A DNA stretch of 64,000 bases from Azolla caroliniana (Eukaryota; Plantae; Polypodiophyta): contig JBHGNT010000016.1 in assembly GCA_043228905.1 (NCBI GenBank), positions 806,001-870,000 on the forward strand, given 5' to 3'. The notes beneath the pieces were generated by a model. It did not search any database and was not told the origin of the DNA. It saw only the letters and a list, made by a program, of their open reading frames with translations. The position numbers and the translations under genes are program-made. This document shows positions 38,748-51,206 of the stretch, one piece after another (position 1 is the first letter of the stretch; every line of letters starts with the position of its first letter).

Positions 38748-39608
38748 AAATGGCTATTTAGATTAGGGTTTCTATTCAAGGCTGATTAAAACAGAGGAAG
38801 TAGAAGTAACTCTTGCTGTAGTCTTTTCTGAGAAGTGAATGCTTGATCTGTGTGATCTACATCATGGTTGATGAGTTTTCTATATGAAGCTCTTTGCACT
38901 GGAGAAAGTAGATTTAGCATCAGTCAAAGTTCTAGAAATTTAAAGCCATGTGTAAAAATTGATGGTAAGCTTGTCCTATTTGTTCTGGTTTTAATTGTGT
39001 CTCAAAATGAAGGAGAATGTAATATGTTCGCATATCAAGGAGAAATAGTTACTGTTTATGTTGGTGTATAAAGTTTCCAGTAGCTTTTCTGCATTTAACC
39101 ATTTGTATTCTTTCATGCCCTTATACAGGTTTTGCTTTTACAAACATAAACATGAGCAATCTGTATTAAACCTTTTCCTGTAAACATCACATATTGGAAA
39201 GATATAGAAAGCTATATCTCTTTGTGTTAAGGTTTTTTTTTCTGAACAGTTTCAAAAAGGCAGATATAAAGTTTTTTCCACTTAAATAAGCAGAATCCAC
39301 TCGTGTTAAGATATTTTCGTCAATTTAGGGTTGTTTTATTACAATTTTAAGATTAAACCCTTTCCTTCTACGACCCTGACTTTCCTAATAATGGACTTAT
39401 ACTTGCTCAGGACTTGCATTCTCGTTGCAGTTTGATGTTTTGCTTTGATTAATCAATGTTAATGTAATTATAAAACTCAAACCACAAACAACATAAGAGT
39501 TTATGCTTTTGCAGGTTATAGGATACATATCACACTCCAACCTCTTAGCCATTCAGGTGAAGTTAAGTTAGATTTTCATGTGTTGTGGGACTATGCACAA
39601 ATCAGGTG

Positions 39609-40673
39609 ATGCTCAAAGTCAGCTCTATAACAGATGCTCTCGGAGTGGCAACATTAGTGCTCATAGTTGCCCTTTGCCTTTTCAGCATTTTTTGCATCGG
39701 CTATGTTCTCTATTTCAGGTTCCAAATCAGACGAGGCCGAATGCTCGCACTAGAAGATTTCAATGCTGTATGGGTTGTTCGAATAATTCTAATCATATCA
39801 GCAATGTTATGGAGCTTGGTTGAACTCATGCAATTACCTATCTTGAGAAGTAAAGTACCTCTTCTAGGACTTCCGCAACAGGAAGCCTTCTGTGATATGC
39901 ATACAGTTTTGTCCTTTGGTGTAATGGAGCCATGTTTCTTTCTCACTGCACTCTTTCTTGTGCAAGGATCAGTTCGAGATGCTCCTTTCACACCCCTCAA
40001 AAAATGGAATAAGAGGACCATAAGTCTCATACTTCTTTTTATTTTCCCTCTTCTGTGTTTTCAGCTCTCTCTTGTCATAATCACCTCCAAGATGTCCTCC
40101 CAAGACGGAAAGGTATTTGGTTTGCCAATCTATTTCACAAGATCTTACATCAGACGCTCGGATAAAGTGTTTTGCACTTTTCCTCTTTTGAGCACTTTGC
40201 TGCTGGGTTTATTCAGTTTGGTATATAATTTCTGCTTTCTATGGTGGGGATATCGAATGTTGGCTTTAGTTATAAATAAAAGACTGCAGATGAGGGTTCG
40301 TGGCCTTGTTCTATCATTGGCACTCCTTTTGCCCTTACAAATTCTGTTCTTGGGGCTATCAGTGCTTTCAATTCCGGGAAATTTACTGTTTGACTTGATG
40401 TCTTTATTGAGCTTTCTCACTCCTCTTACATGCATGGTAATAGGAGAGGTAATGCTCGTTGCTCAACCCATTACAGATGCTATGGCTGTAAGGTGGGTCT
40501 TCAACTCTCTTTCAAATCAGGCTTCATTTGATCCCTTTACAATGCCCATCTTTGTATGTGGGAATGAAGAAGATGGTTCTCCATGTCCATTGATGAAAGA
40601 AAGCTTGGAAAGTGACCCATTTGATAAGATTTCGAGTCCTCACCACGGATCTGTGTCAATGGTGAGATTTTGA
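39609..40673 (+). CDS. plant multi-pass (about 7-TM) membrane protein of unknown function, single coding exon (354 aa)
   Basis: Long ORF with ~7 hydrophobic segments; first ATG at 39609. Probable 5' UTR intron(s), with donor GTAAGC ~37773 and acceptor TTTGCAG ~39514. Confidence 0.8.
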   Translation: MLKVSSITDALGVATLVLIVALCLFSIFCIGYVLYFRFQIRRGRMLALEDFNAVWVVRIILIISAMLWSLVELMQLPILRSKVPLLGLPQQEAFCDMHTVLSFGVMEPCFFLTALFLVQGSVRDAPFTPLKKWNKRTISLILLFIFPLLCFQLSLVIITSKMSSQDGKVFGLPIYFTRSYIRRSDKVFCTFPLLSTLLLGLFSLVYNFCFLWWGYRMLALVINKRLQMRVRGLVLSLALLLPLQILFLGLSVLSIPGNLLFDLMSLLSFLTPLTCMVIGEVMLVAQPITDAMAVRWVFNSLSNQASFDPFTMPIFVCGNEEDGSPCPLMKESLESDPFDKISSPHHGSVSMVRF

Positions 40674-41928
40674 TATTTGAGCATCTCCCATGGCTCAGTT
40701 TAAGAGTTCCATTGCATTTGGTTCTTGGACAGGGCTTTAAAGAAATATATTATAGAGTAAAGAATCAAGAAGCTATTCTTTGTGAAACCAGTTTTATTCT
40801 CAAGAAAAGCATTTGCTCTAGCTGATTGTACATTATTTAGAGGAAATAGTTAATTGAAAAAGGCAAAATACATTTACTAAACATTTTCAATACCCCTGGC
40901 TTTACATTTTTTACGGGTACTGTGCATTCATGTTCGTTGAATCTAATAATAAGTAAATTTGTAATTTGTTTATGTTAAGAGGTTACTCTGATATCTCAAA
41001 ACATGACTTACAGATTAATAACTTGTTGCTGATTATGAAGTTTCTGCATATGGGTAATGGGTTTTATTTATTTATGGGAATGTAGTTGATACCATGTCTA
41101 GATCTACATTTGTTACAAAGATTATATTACAGAATCTAGTCTTATATAGAAAATAAACACCAGAAGAGTGGTGATGAATGTTAGGGAAACGCATAAGGAC
41201 ATCTAACTGATTAATCCTGATAGAGTTAATGTTTTAAATCAAGGAATACCATGTTTGTCACAATCTTTGTATAGTGTCTCTTGGTGAAACATGCTCTCAC
41301 GATGCTTTTGGGTTGCGCATAAGCTTTCAATGAAAAGGTGTAAGTGTTGCCTGTTTATTGGACTTTGACCATTCCACCATGTGTTCTTCTATTGCTCATT
41401 TTAGTTACTTTTGTCAAGGTGAAGATTGAGCAAGAATGCAGTAATGTTGCTTTATCTCTCATGGATTGCTATGAAATGATGTCTAAGAAATAACTGTGTT
41501 GATTCAAATGTCTAACAAATGTCTAAGATTAGTATATCTTTGATGTGATTTAAAAATATTTTTTGATGATGATTCAAAATCGTATTCCGAAAAGATATAT
41601 TTTTAAGCTCATATTGATAAAGGTTTAAGTTGGAAATTAAAAAGATGTCAATAGCAAAACAAAAAAAGATCGACAAAGGTAATGATGATACATATTAGAG
41701 GTGTAAAGTTGAAATATGTATTCAACTTCAAGATCTTTGGGCGTTTGTCAAGGAAGGTAAATGGCTTTATGTACGACAAAGTTAAGTCTAAAAAAGTTGC
41801 AAGAATGTTGAGATTATGGAATTACCTACCTTAACCAAAGGTATGGTTTAAAAATAATTACGATGCTAAGGTTATTTTTCCAATATGTTAGTTGTATCTA
41901 TGATTCCACACATTGAAAGTGCACAATG

Positions 41929-42058
41929 TGAACATATATTTGCGATATATTGTCACATGCCAAAGCCAAAACTAGATTGAATTGGAGAAGTACATGAACA
42001 TATATTTGCGATATATTGTCACATCCCAAAGCCAAAACTAGATTGAATTGGAGAAGTG
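41929..42058. repeat. ~66-bp tandem duplication
   Basis: TGAACATATATTTGCGATATATTGTCACAT...GGAGAAGT occurs twice. Confidence 0.85.
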
Positions 42059-42596
42059 AGTTCGAAGAAAAAGAAAATAAGATGAAAATGAATTTGTATT
42101 ATAATTTATAAATGAGAGACACAAGATTTTACAAGCGTACTTGAAGGCTAGCATTGAACTAGATTTTCTTTAAATATCTCCATTATATTGTGCTCCATCA
42201 TGAAATGCATGGTGACCACTTGGTCAATAGGCAAGACTACTAGTTGTTAATGATGCATGGCTTAGAAGGTTTAAGATTTAATTATGTCAATATTGATCAA
42301 ATATTATTAAAGATTATCCTAAGCTTAGTAACTTTAAGATAGAGGTCATGAATTCAAGTCTCCTAAAACTTGTTAGCTCTTGTGATGTGATGACATAAGG
42401 TTGCACAAATGTTTATCACACTTTTTTTCTTCTTCAAATATTTCCTTCATTAGTATTAAGAAAAAATGTCGGAAGGCTACAAAATGCACAATTAGAAAAT
42501 GTTATGTACAAAAGAGATGGTCAGGGCAAGGACCAAAGGCGATGGTATTTCTAGATCGGTCCTTGAGAGGAGATTGTGAACAGAGGCAGCTTCCTC

Positions 42597-44867
42597 TATT
42601 AGAAACAACAAAACAGTTTTAGAGCAACTACTTTTCGTTGTCACATTAACTCTACACCACATCTAGGAACTGTATTTTTCAAACTGTAGAAGACAAGCAA
42701 GCTGATGCCATTCGAAAACTCACAACTGCAGTAGAAATGTGGTCCAAACTAAAACAAATGTTTGAACCACAAGATGGTACTACTAGAATCCATACTCTTG
42801 CTACCCTATTTCACATGTGTGTTTTGCAGGTAGAAGAAGATGTTCTTACCTTCTTGGATACCTAGGAGACATATCTCGAAGAAATGAAATCTCAGAAGAA
42901 ATGAAGATTGGGCTCTTATTGAGTAAACTTCCAAAATCTTGGAATACTTTCATCACTATGAATAGCTAGGGTAACTCCTTATTTGATCTTATTACAAAAG
43001 TTCGTCATGAAAATCTACGACGACAACTTAAATATTCTACTTCATCAATAGCAATGACTGTTGCAGTCAACAAACCACAAAAATTGTCATATAACAATCA
43101 CGACAAGCCTAGATCTGACAATTACAAATACACTGAAGTCTCTAATTCAAGAAAGGGAAATGAATCACAGAGAACTTCATCAAAACTGCCTGGTGGAGGC
43201 TTCAAACTAGTCTGCAGATATTGCAAGAGAGAAGGGCACAACGAGAGGGTATGTCGATTCAAGCAATTTGCTGAAAATAAGAAACCACCACAAGCCAACA
43301 ATGTCATTTTAGAGGATAAATTTGATGATAAAGCAAAATGCTATTCAGAATCAGGAGGTGATTATGACGACACGCTAGAAGAAGGAAACATTATTCAAGC
43401 AAACCATGTCATTGCAAAAGGATTGAAAACAGATTATGGCACATGGTACCTGGATACTTGTGCCACACACCATCTCACATACCGAAGAGACTGGCTAGAA
43501 GATTATCAAGTTCTCTCCAATCAGTTGCATGTGATTTTTGGTGATAAAGGAAAGAAATCTGTAATTGGTAAAGGTACAATTAAAATCAAACTTTCAAAAG
43601 ATCACCAAATTATTGTTCATATGTGTATTATGTGTCTGGACAAGCTACAATAGATGGACTTACAATTCAGTTTTGCAGAGATACAACAATTCTACAATTT
43701 CAAGATGGTAACTCATCCATTCAAATGGTAAAGAACAACATTTGTATCCAGTCCATAATCAATTAGCATATGCATTAGTTGCACCTGTGCAAACAAAGAA
43801 ACAATCAGTGCACTCAACTACATATTTATGGCATTGTCGTTTTGGTCACATGAATATTTCAGCACTTCAATAGTGTCAACAACTAAAATGAATGAAAGGA
43901 TTACCATAAATAGGCTTCAAAGCTATTTCTATATGTGAAAGATGCTTGTTCGGAAAGATGTCCCATCAGCCATTTGCCAAAAGCAAGACTGTTACAAAAT
44001 TCCTACTTCAACCTTTTCATACAGACTTGTGTGGGCCATTTCTTGTATTGTCTATCTCCAGAGCAAGGTATTTCATTACATTTATTGATAATACTACCAA
44101 ATTCACAGTAATCAGCTTCTTAAAACAGAAAAGTGAGGCATTTCCAGCATTATGTAAATACAAACAACATGTAGAAAATCAAACATCAAGAACAATTAAA
44201 AAGGTGAGAAGCGATAATGGTGGAGAATATGTATCCCAAGAATGGGAGGTTTTTTTTGACAAAAATAGAATAATTCATCAAAAAACAGTACCCTACACTC
44301 CACAGCAGAATGGCATTGCTGAAAGAAAGAACATAACATTGTTAAATGATGCTCGTAGTCTGCTGAAAACGGGACAAATGAAACAACAGTTCTGGGAAGA
44401 TGCAATCTACACAGCCTGCTATCTGCAAAATAGGACTCCTCACACTGCATTACAAGGCAAAATTACAAGTGTCTGCTATCAAGCATTGGACTTGTTGCCA
44501 ACATGTTGGCCTCAAATGTGGTGCTAGAGTTACGGGAGGGTGTTAGAAACAACAAAACAGTTTCAGAGCAACTACTTTTAGTTGCCACATTAACTCAACA
44601 CCACATCTAGATTAGTTACTATTATTAACTATTACTGTTTTCTTTTTATTAGTAACTGTATTTTTCAAACACATCCAACGTTCCCTCCACTTCCTCTATT
44701 ATATAAAGAGGAAACTAGGAACGTTAGAGTGTGGTGTTAGTATGCTCTAGCTGTTGTAGCAATTAACCCTTGTAGTTGTATTCCAACATGTAATCCCATC
44801 TTATTATCTATTATATAGCAGTTGCAATTCTCTTCTTTTCTGTTCATGTATCTCTCATTTCCTTACA
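42597..44867 (+). mobile_element. internally deleted Ty1/copia element (partial 5' LTR, gag-PR-IN, no RT/RNase H, 3' LTR 44541-44867)
   Basis: The LTR start is repeated at 42597 and 44541; perfect TSD TCCTC (42592-42596, 44868-44872). Motifs CRYCKREGH, WYLDTCATHH, HTDLCGP, RSDNGGEY, TPQQNGIAERKN; PPT GGGAGGG. Confidence 0.9.
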
Positions 44868-45051
44868 TCCTCCATAACTGCAGTAATTTTTTCCTTTTTT
44901 AAAGAACAACCTCCGAGGAGCCTTGCATATTGTCATGTTGCCCACGCACTACTGCCAATAAGCTCTCCCATAGTTCCACCAATATATCTAAGAGAAGAGG
45001 AGTTATGGAATCATATCATCTTTTACAACGATACTTCCATAAGATGCATAA

Positions 45052-45585
45052 TGTAACCGTTGATATTGTTTTCCATATGTGGGTTGCACGCACTTGCTTG
45101 TGAGGTTGCTAAAAGGGGGAGACATAAATTAGATGTAATTAGAGACATGAACTAATGTAAGCATAAAATAAGGATAAAAGATAGATCTAGATAGAAAGGA
45201 GAGAGAGAAAGAAGGGTGTTGATCCACCCAACCACCCCTGAGCGAAGGGATCGAGACGGACTCGAGCCTCGATCGACATCCCATACCACCGTCGTGGCGT
45301 CAAGTTGTACCTGGTGCTGGCGCGCTCGCTACAAGAGTTGACCCACCACAAGATAGAGTCTCGACATAGTCAACAAGATGATGAAATGAGGGTAGTTAGG
45401 CCTCTTATTTATAGCGATACCCAAGGCCCCCATGCAAGTTCACACTTGGCCTAATGGGTTGTCTCAATCCCGAGGATTAAAAGTAATCCTCCCCTTCTTT
45501 ACACTCTCGTTTAACCCTCGCACTTATCCACGTGTATAGAATACTATGGTAAATTCTCACAACGGGATATTATATTATCATAGCC
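45052..45585 (-). repeat. solo LTR of the same family as the LTR at 29063
   Basis: The reverse complement shares long blocks with 29070-29460 (e.g. GAGGGTTAAACGAGAGTGTAAAGAAGGG, TTGAGACAACCCAT, GGCCAAGTGTGAACTT). Boundaries approximate. Confidence 0.75.
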
Positions 45586-47899
45586 TCTAGAGCATCATCT
45601 ACCTCATACAACAAGAGATTAGAATGGAGAACCCCCCATACTGTTGATCCCCAGGAAAAGAGGCAACATGCATTAATTGTCAAAAATAAAGAAAGAACTT
45701 TATTCCATACCTGATGGCCTAATGGGTTAGTGAGCAGGACCATAGAACATTCCTGGTAGTTTCCTGCGTGTCATTGCAATAACAACATTGTCTGAGAATG
45801 GTTGTCACATCTCCTTTCAATGATTGATCACTGGTAGTGTTGCATGTAGTAAATGCCATCTAGAGAGAATATATTTGATTGGTCCCCTGAAAGACCAAAT
45901 CCAATGCTTTTGAGTTGCAATGTTGGAGTATTCTTAGACATGACCAAGGTTCTACCAAATTTCACAGTGTATTGAAAGAATTGAACTTTTTGCAATGGAG
46001 CCATCATGGGATTGGTCCAAAACCATCCCCCTGGGTCCCACACCAGCCTACCAACTAGTTGTCATGCATATAACCAGAGCATATGCCACAAATGAGCTAT
46101 TGAAGGTTGTGGATCCAGTAGCCATTTCTTACCAAATTTGGCCATCACCCTAAATGGAACAACGAGCACATTTTGTAATGAATTATCAGAGAGTATATAA
46201 GGCTGCAATTTATTGTCTTGTTGAATATGAAAATAGAAAATTATTTTCCAAACAAATTGGGAAGGTTGTAGGTTTGAACTTGAAAATTTCATGATAGTTA
46301 CTTTTCTTTTCCATTAGGTTCGAACTTGAACTTGTTCACATATCCCGAGAGTTGTGGCCTTCTTTTCATTTTCTATTTCCTTTTTGAGATCTTTACCCTT
46401 CTTTTTGGACCGAAACTTACCTCCCTCCTCTTTCTTCTTTTCTTTTTCCTCTTTCTCTTGCTTCTTCGATCTCCTCTTTATTTAATGTTTTCATTTCCTT
46501 CTTCCTTTCTATCATCTCCCCCTTTGAACTCACCTTCAATGTCATTGCCTACTCACTCGCCATTGCCCCAAGAGTAGACATGTCTCATTCCAACATCACT
46601 ACCAATGACCATAGTTCCATCATTGTCAGCTCAACATACCCAGTTATGCCTACAACTACAATGGCCATCACCTCTCCCTCCTCCATTCGTAAATACAACC
46701 ATGATTTGTGGAATATAAAAGCGAAGGACGGATCAAGATGCATGAAACCACATATAGCACAAATAATCATAGACGCGATGTCCTCATGATTTTTTTATCC
46801 ACAATGTTAAATACTACAAAGTTAAATTAAGTTTAGATCGACCAAAAATTTATTTTGCAAAGAATAAGACTCAAACTCTACGCGTCATGAGGTGATGCAC
46901 TTACTAGTAAGATAATCCACTTTTACGTAAAATAAAGATGGAAATGTAGGTTTATTAGCTAAATATTGATTAACTGTAGTTTTTTCTACACAAATAGGAA
47001 GCTTACATGGGATATGCATGTAACTTCTTTTCACACAAATAGAAAAGGCATGAGTAAGCTTAATAAAGTAATATAAATAAACAAGAGACAAGACTACTAG
47101 GAAAAAGGGAACTATGACGTATTGGAAGGGGAGGAAATATTTTGAGTTGGATTACTGTTTTACAATCTGATCAACTCAAATAATTCTCTTTTAAAACTAT
47201 CGCGTTACCCATATCATATAATCGTTAATTGAGTCTACTCTAACCTAATATTGTTAACATAATCTTGATCTCTATTTATCTTGGATAACTATGTCTTAAT
47301 TAACTTCTTAATTCTACTAATACTAATCAAATATCTTAACTAACGTATAAACCACTCTTTTTTTGTTCTATCATCTTACAAACTCTGCCCCACGATAATA
47401 TTCCAAACATCTCCCGATTCAGAAACCTGGTGGTTAGTTGGCCAAGCATAAATCTGAAGATCTTAACCACAAGAACAACAAGTGAGCGGAAAACAAAGCA
47501 TGATTTGTGAGTAGTTGAGGAAAGAGGAAATTGTGAAAAGGTATAAATCCCATGATTGATGAGAAGATGGTGCAATTATGAGGCACAAGATGAAGAAGTT
47601 ATTTAAGCATGAACATATATGTGGCCAACAAAAGTGCAACATATCTTCCATGTCAAGTGTAGTTCCAACTTCCACTCATGTTGTGTTGTAAGGGTGAGCC
47701 AACTCCAAACTAACTAACTCAAAGAAAACACCATGTGCTCAATAAGAGAATCAAGTGCCTAGTTTCTCACTCACATACATACCCCAACAAAACGTGGATG
47801 CTCCCAACATAACATGCACATGCTCTACAAGAGTGTCTACAAAATGTGTGCTTGTTCTAGGAAAGGCCTTGTATCTCCCTCCTCACCTATGCATTCTAA

Positions 47900-48086
47900 C
47901 AATTTCATGAAAAGACTTAAAGATGTCCAAATTCATTATCAATATATTCATGAAAAGGTGATTGAAGACTTGAATGTCTTATCTATCTACACCAAAATTG
48001 AAGCACTTCCCAAACAAAGGTTCTTCAAATCGAGGAAAAAGCCAAGGACTTCATCCTATAAATATGTGCTTGAGTGTGGATTTTGA
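47900..48086 (+). mobile_element. highly decayed copia RNase H 3' remnant
   Basis: KRLKDVQIHYQYIHEKV resembles the copia RTKHIEVHYHFIRE motif. Confidence 0.4.
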
Positions 48087-51000
48087 ATAATATTTACAAG
48101 GACATACTTAAAACCTGGGTTTTAGAGAAAACATGGTTCTCATAGGTCATTGACTCATTTGTTATAGCTCTAAGATATAAAATGCTCTTTGTAGTTAGAT
48201 AAATATAGCTCCAAAAGAGAGTATGTACATAAGGGACAAATAGCATAAACATGGGCCATGCATGTAAATGACTTTAAAAAGTATATAAAGTCCTCTTATG
48301 TCACATTGAAAATGACAATATCATTAGAGGAAATATCTTGATTAAAATTGTGTGTGGTAATAGATAGGAATTTATTGCTCATTCGTTAACTACAAGTCAT
48401 GTTGTGTGTAAGACTTGGTCATCAACAATTTTCAAAGTCCCAAATAGTTTTGGGATACATCACATCTGCTCTAAATTAGAAAAGCGAAATTCATGAAAGT
48501 GGACACAAACTAAACATTTATGCAAAATGTCGAATCAATACTTAATAGAATTGAAACACACACACACACACATAGATAGATATATATAACCTTGAACAAA
48601 CTGTTTTAATCTTGCAATAGGAAATTCATGCCCAAACAGGTTGGACTAAGTAAGCAAACCCAAATTTTACCATTCTCAAGTTTTGGCGCATGATTGCAAA
48701 GTTAGATCAACCCTACTAATGGTTCCTACATTTCATTCAACCTAAGCATATAGATTCAATAGTAATGGTTGAGAACTTCCCATATATCATATATCTGATC
48801 TTAACTATGGATTAGTTAGTTGATGAGGGTATTTGAGGTTAGAGTCAAGGAGAAGCAACATGTTGGGATTTGAGAAAGAGATCAATTAAGGTTGAAGAAC
48901 GGAGTTTGTTAAGCATTCATTAATATACAACACTTTCTACTTGACATATTTGCATATTTCTCATTTTGGCTCTTTTAAGTCCTTTATGTAATTGTCACTT
49001 TATTTCATCCCAAACTTTTGTTTTCACTTTTTCTTGCGAAGAACTTGTCCTCAAACCGAGAAGGGCAGTTGAAGTCTCATCAAATGAAGTTTATGTCACC
49101 GCCTTAGAGGTTCACAAACTTCAAAAACGATGCAAGCAAGTTTGAGAGTATTTATCATATTATATTTCTCAAGTGCTAGTGCCAAGAAACATACATTTTC
49201 CATGGAATGATGTCACAACACATTTTTTCAATGCCATGAGAGTGACGTCTTTCCATTTCTTTTTTGGCATTTTCTAAGACTCGACTTATATTTAGGTTTT
49301 TCGTAAATGACACTTTTACCTTTGTAGCTTCTTTTGATTTTGTTAGTTTCATGAGATTTATTATCCTTGGTATTACTATTACACTGTCTTTTTTATCTTT
49401 TACTCTAGAGGTAGACAATCGTTATATTGTATCTTTTAATGATTGGATTCTATTGAGTAGTAATGAAATTTACACCATATCTTGATTCAAATAATAACAC
49501 TATACAAAATATTTACTTATATCTCAATGCCTATAAATTTCTTACTTATTCACCATATACACGATAGATTGAGTTCTTACAACTGTAATAAATTCTCACT
49601 ATGGTAAGATCATCCATTGAGTATTACACTTTGTCTACGGCCATCTTGCTCTTATCGGAATTGTTAATGATAACATCCATTTAAAGGGCATATCATATTC
49701 CACTCATTGACATGTGTGTGTGTGTGTGTGTGGTTGATGAGCAAAGAAAAAATCATGTATGCATATTTTTTTGTGGAAGTGTCATACAAAAAAGTTAATT
49801 GAACTTTATACAAGTTGTACATATCACAATTTTCTTGTCATTCCCCACCAATAACTCATGAATCCAAATTTGGGAGCAAAAGTTATGCCCAAAATGTTCC
49901 AAGCTATACAAAGGATTTGTGATGTGTGCAAGGCACAGGTGTATCTTGTATCCTATCATTATCCCCTTTACCAAAGCTCACATATGTCCAGACTCACGTT
50001 AATTGTGCTAGCAGAAGTTTAAAATATTAGCACGTCATGACAGAAAAATCTAGAGGATAGATACATTGATAGAAGGTGTTTAGAGAGAGAGATTGTAGGA
50101 CATATTGCAAAAGTCAAATCTATTTAATACGAGCTTTCACTATGGCACGCACTAGTGTGGGGCAACGTTCCAACCAGTCCAACTTAATTATTTATCCAAT
50201 TTGGAACATAACAAAGAAGATCTAATACATGTGAGAGGTATCAAATTACTCGAAGCTCACAAGCAAATAGCAAACAACTTCTATATAAAATACGATAAAG
50301 CGATGAATGCGTTTTTCCTTTTCATAATGTGAACGTTGTTCATCATTCAAAACTAGAATTAGGCCAAGTAAGGACAAATGCTCCTTGGCCAAATCACAAT
50401 AGCCATTGAACTAAGCAACTCAATGCAAAGGGTATTATGATAACTAAGAGTAAGCAAATGGATGATAGAGAGATCGAACCATTGATGCCATACTAAGTGA
50501 CACGCCAGGGTGTCGACCACACATACATACATACATAACATACATCACGTACATACATACCTTATAAGTTGTTATAACATACATCACATACATGCATAAG
50601 ATACATAACATACATCACATACATGCAACTTTTTCTTCCAAACGAGAGAGAGGTTTTTAAAATACAGTTCTTGTCAATGGAAAGGGAAACGGATAACAAG
50701 TTTGTTGTTGGAGATGGAGGAGACAACAGTCAATGTCTGAATCAACTTTTTTTGGGCGAAAAAGATGCACCCTAATCACATGTCTCACACCATCACCAAG
50801 AAGAAGAAGAAGAAGAAGGAAGGAAGGAAGGAAAGAAAGAAAGAACAGAGCATCCCAAAACAGAGCATTTGGTCTTGTGTCACTGCAGCTAGAATGCATG
50901 ACATAGCAGAGAACAATATTATAGGTAAACTACCCTTACCCCGCCCCCGCTTCCCTCACTTCTTTCTTCATCATGGGTCTCTATATATTTTTACATTCTT

Positions 51001-51206
51001 TTCTAGGTTATGTTGCCTTGGAGCGTTCAAATTTCCATCATCGTTTCAGATCTTCCTGCAGATTTGATGGAGCCACGTTTTTGGATCAGTTGCTCAAGAC
51101 ACAAGAGTCTCATAAGGTCCTCGTATCATTACTTAGATAGAAGAATCTGATTCGTTCTTTTTCTACATTGTCTTCGTTTTTCTTTGACGTCTTTTCCACC
51201 ATCGCC

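Noticed and set aside
42616-42626. GTTTTAGAGC, resembling the start of a type II CRISPR repeat / sgRNA scaffold, with a near copy at ~44560
   Set aside because: Both copies are part of the two LTRs of one copia element. There is no repeat-spacer array and no cas gene, and the context is eukaryotic.
45590-46790. Possible decayed LINE ORF1 or other coding remnant on the minus strand
   Set aside because: Only short broken ORFs with no motif I can identify confidently.
47336-47700. Possible host-gene fragment
   Set aside because: No recognisable domain or splice structure in any frame.
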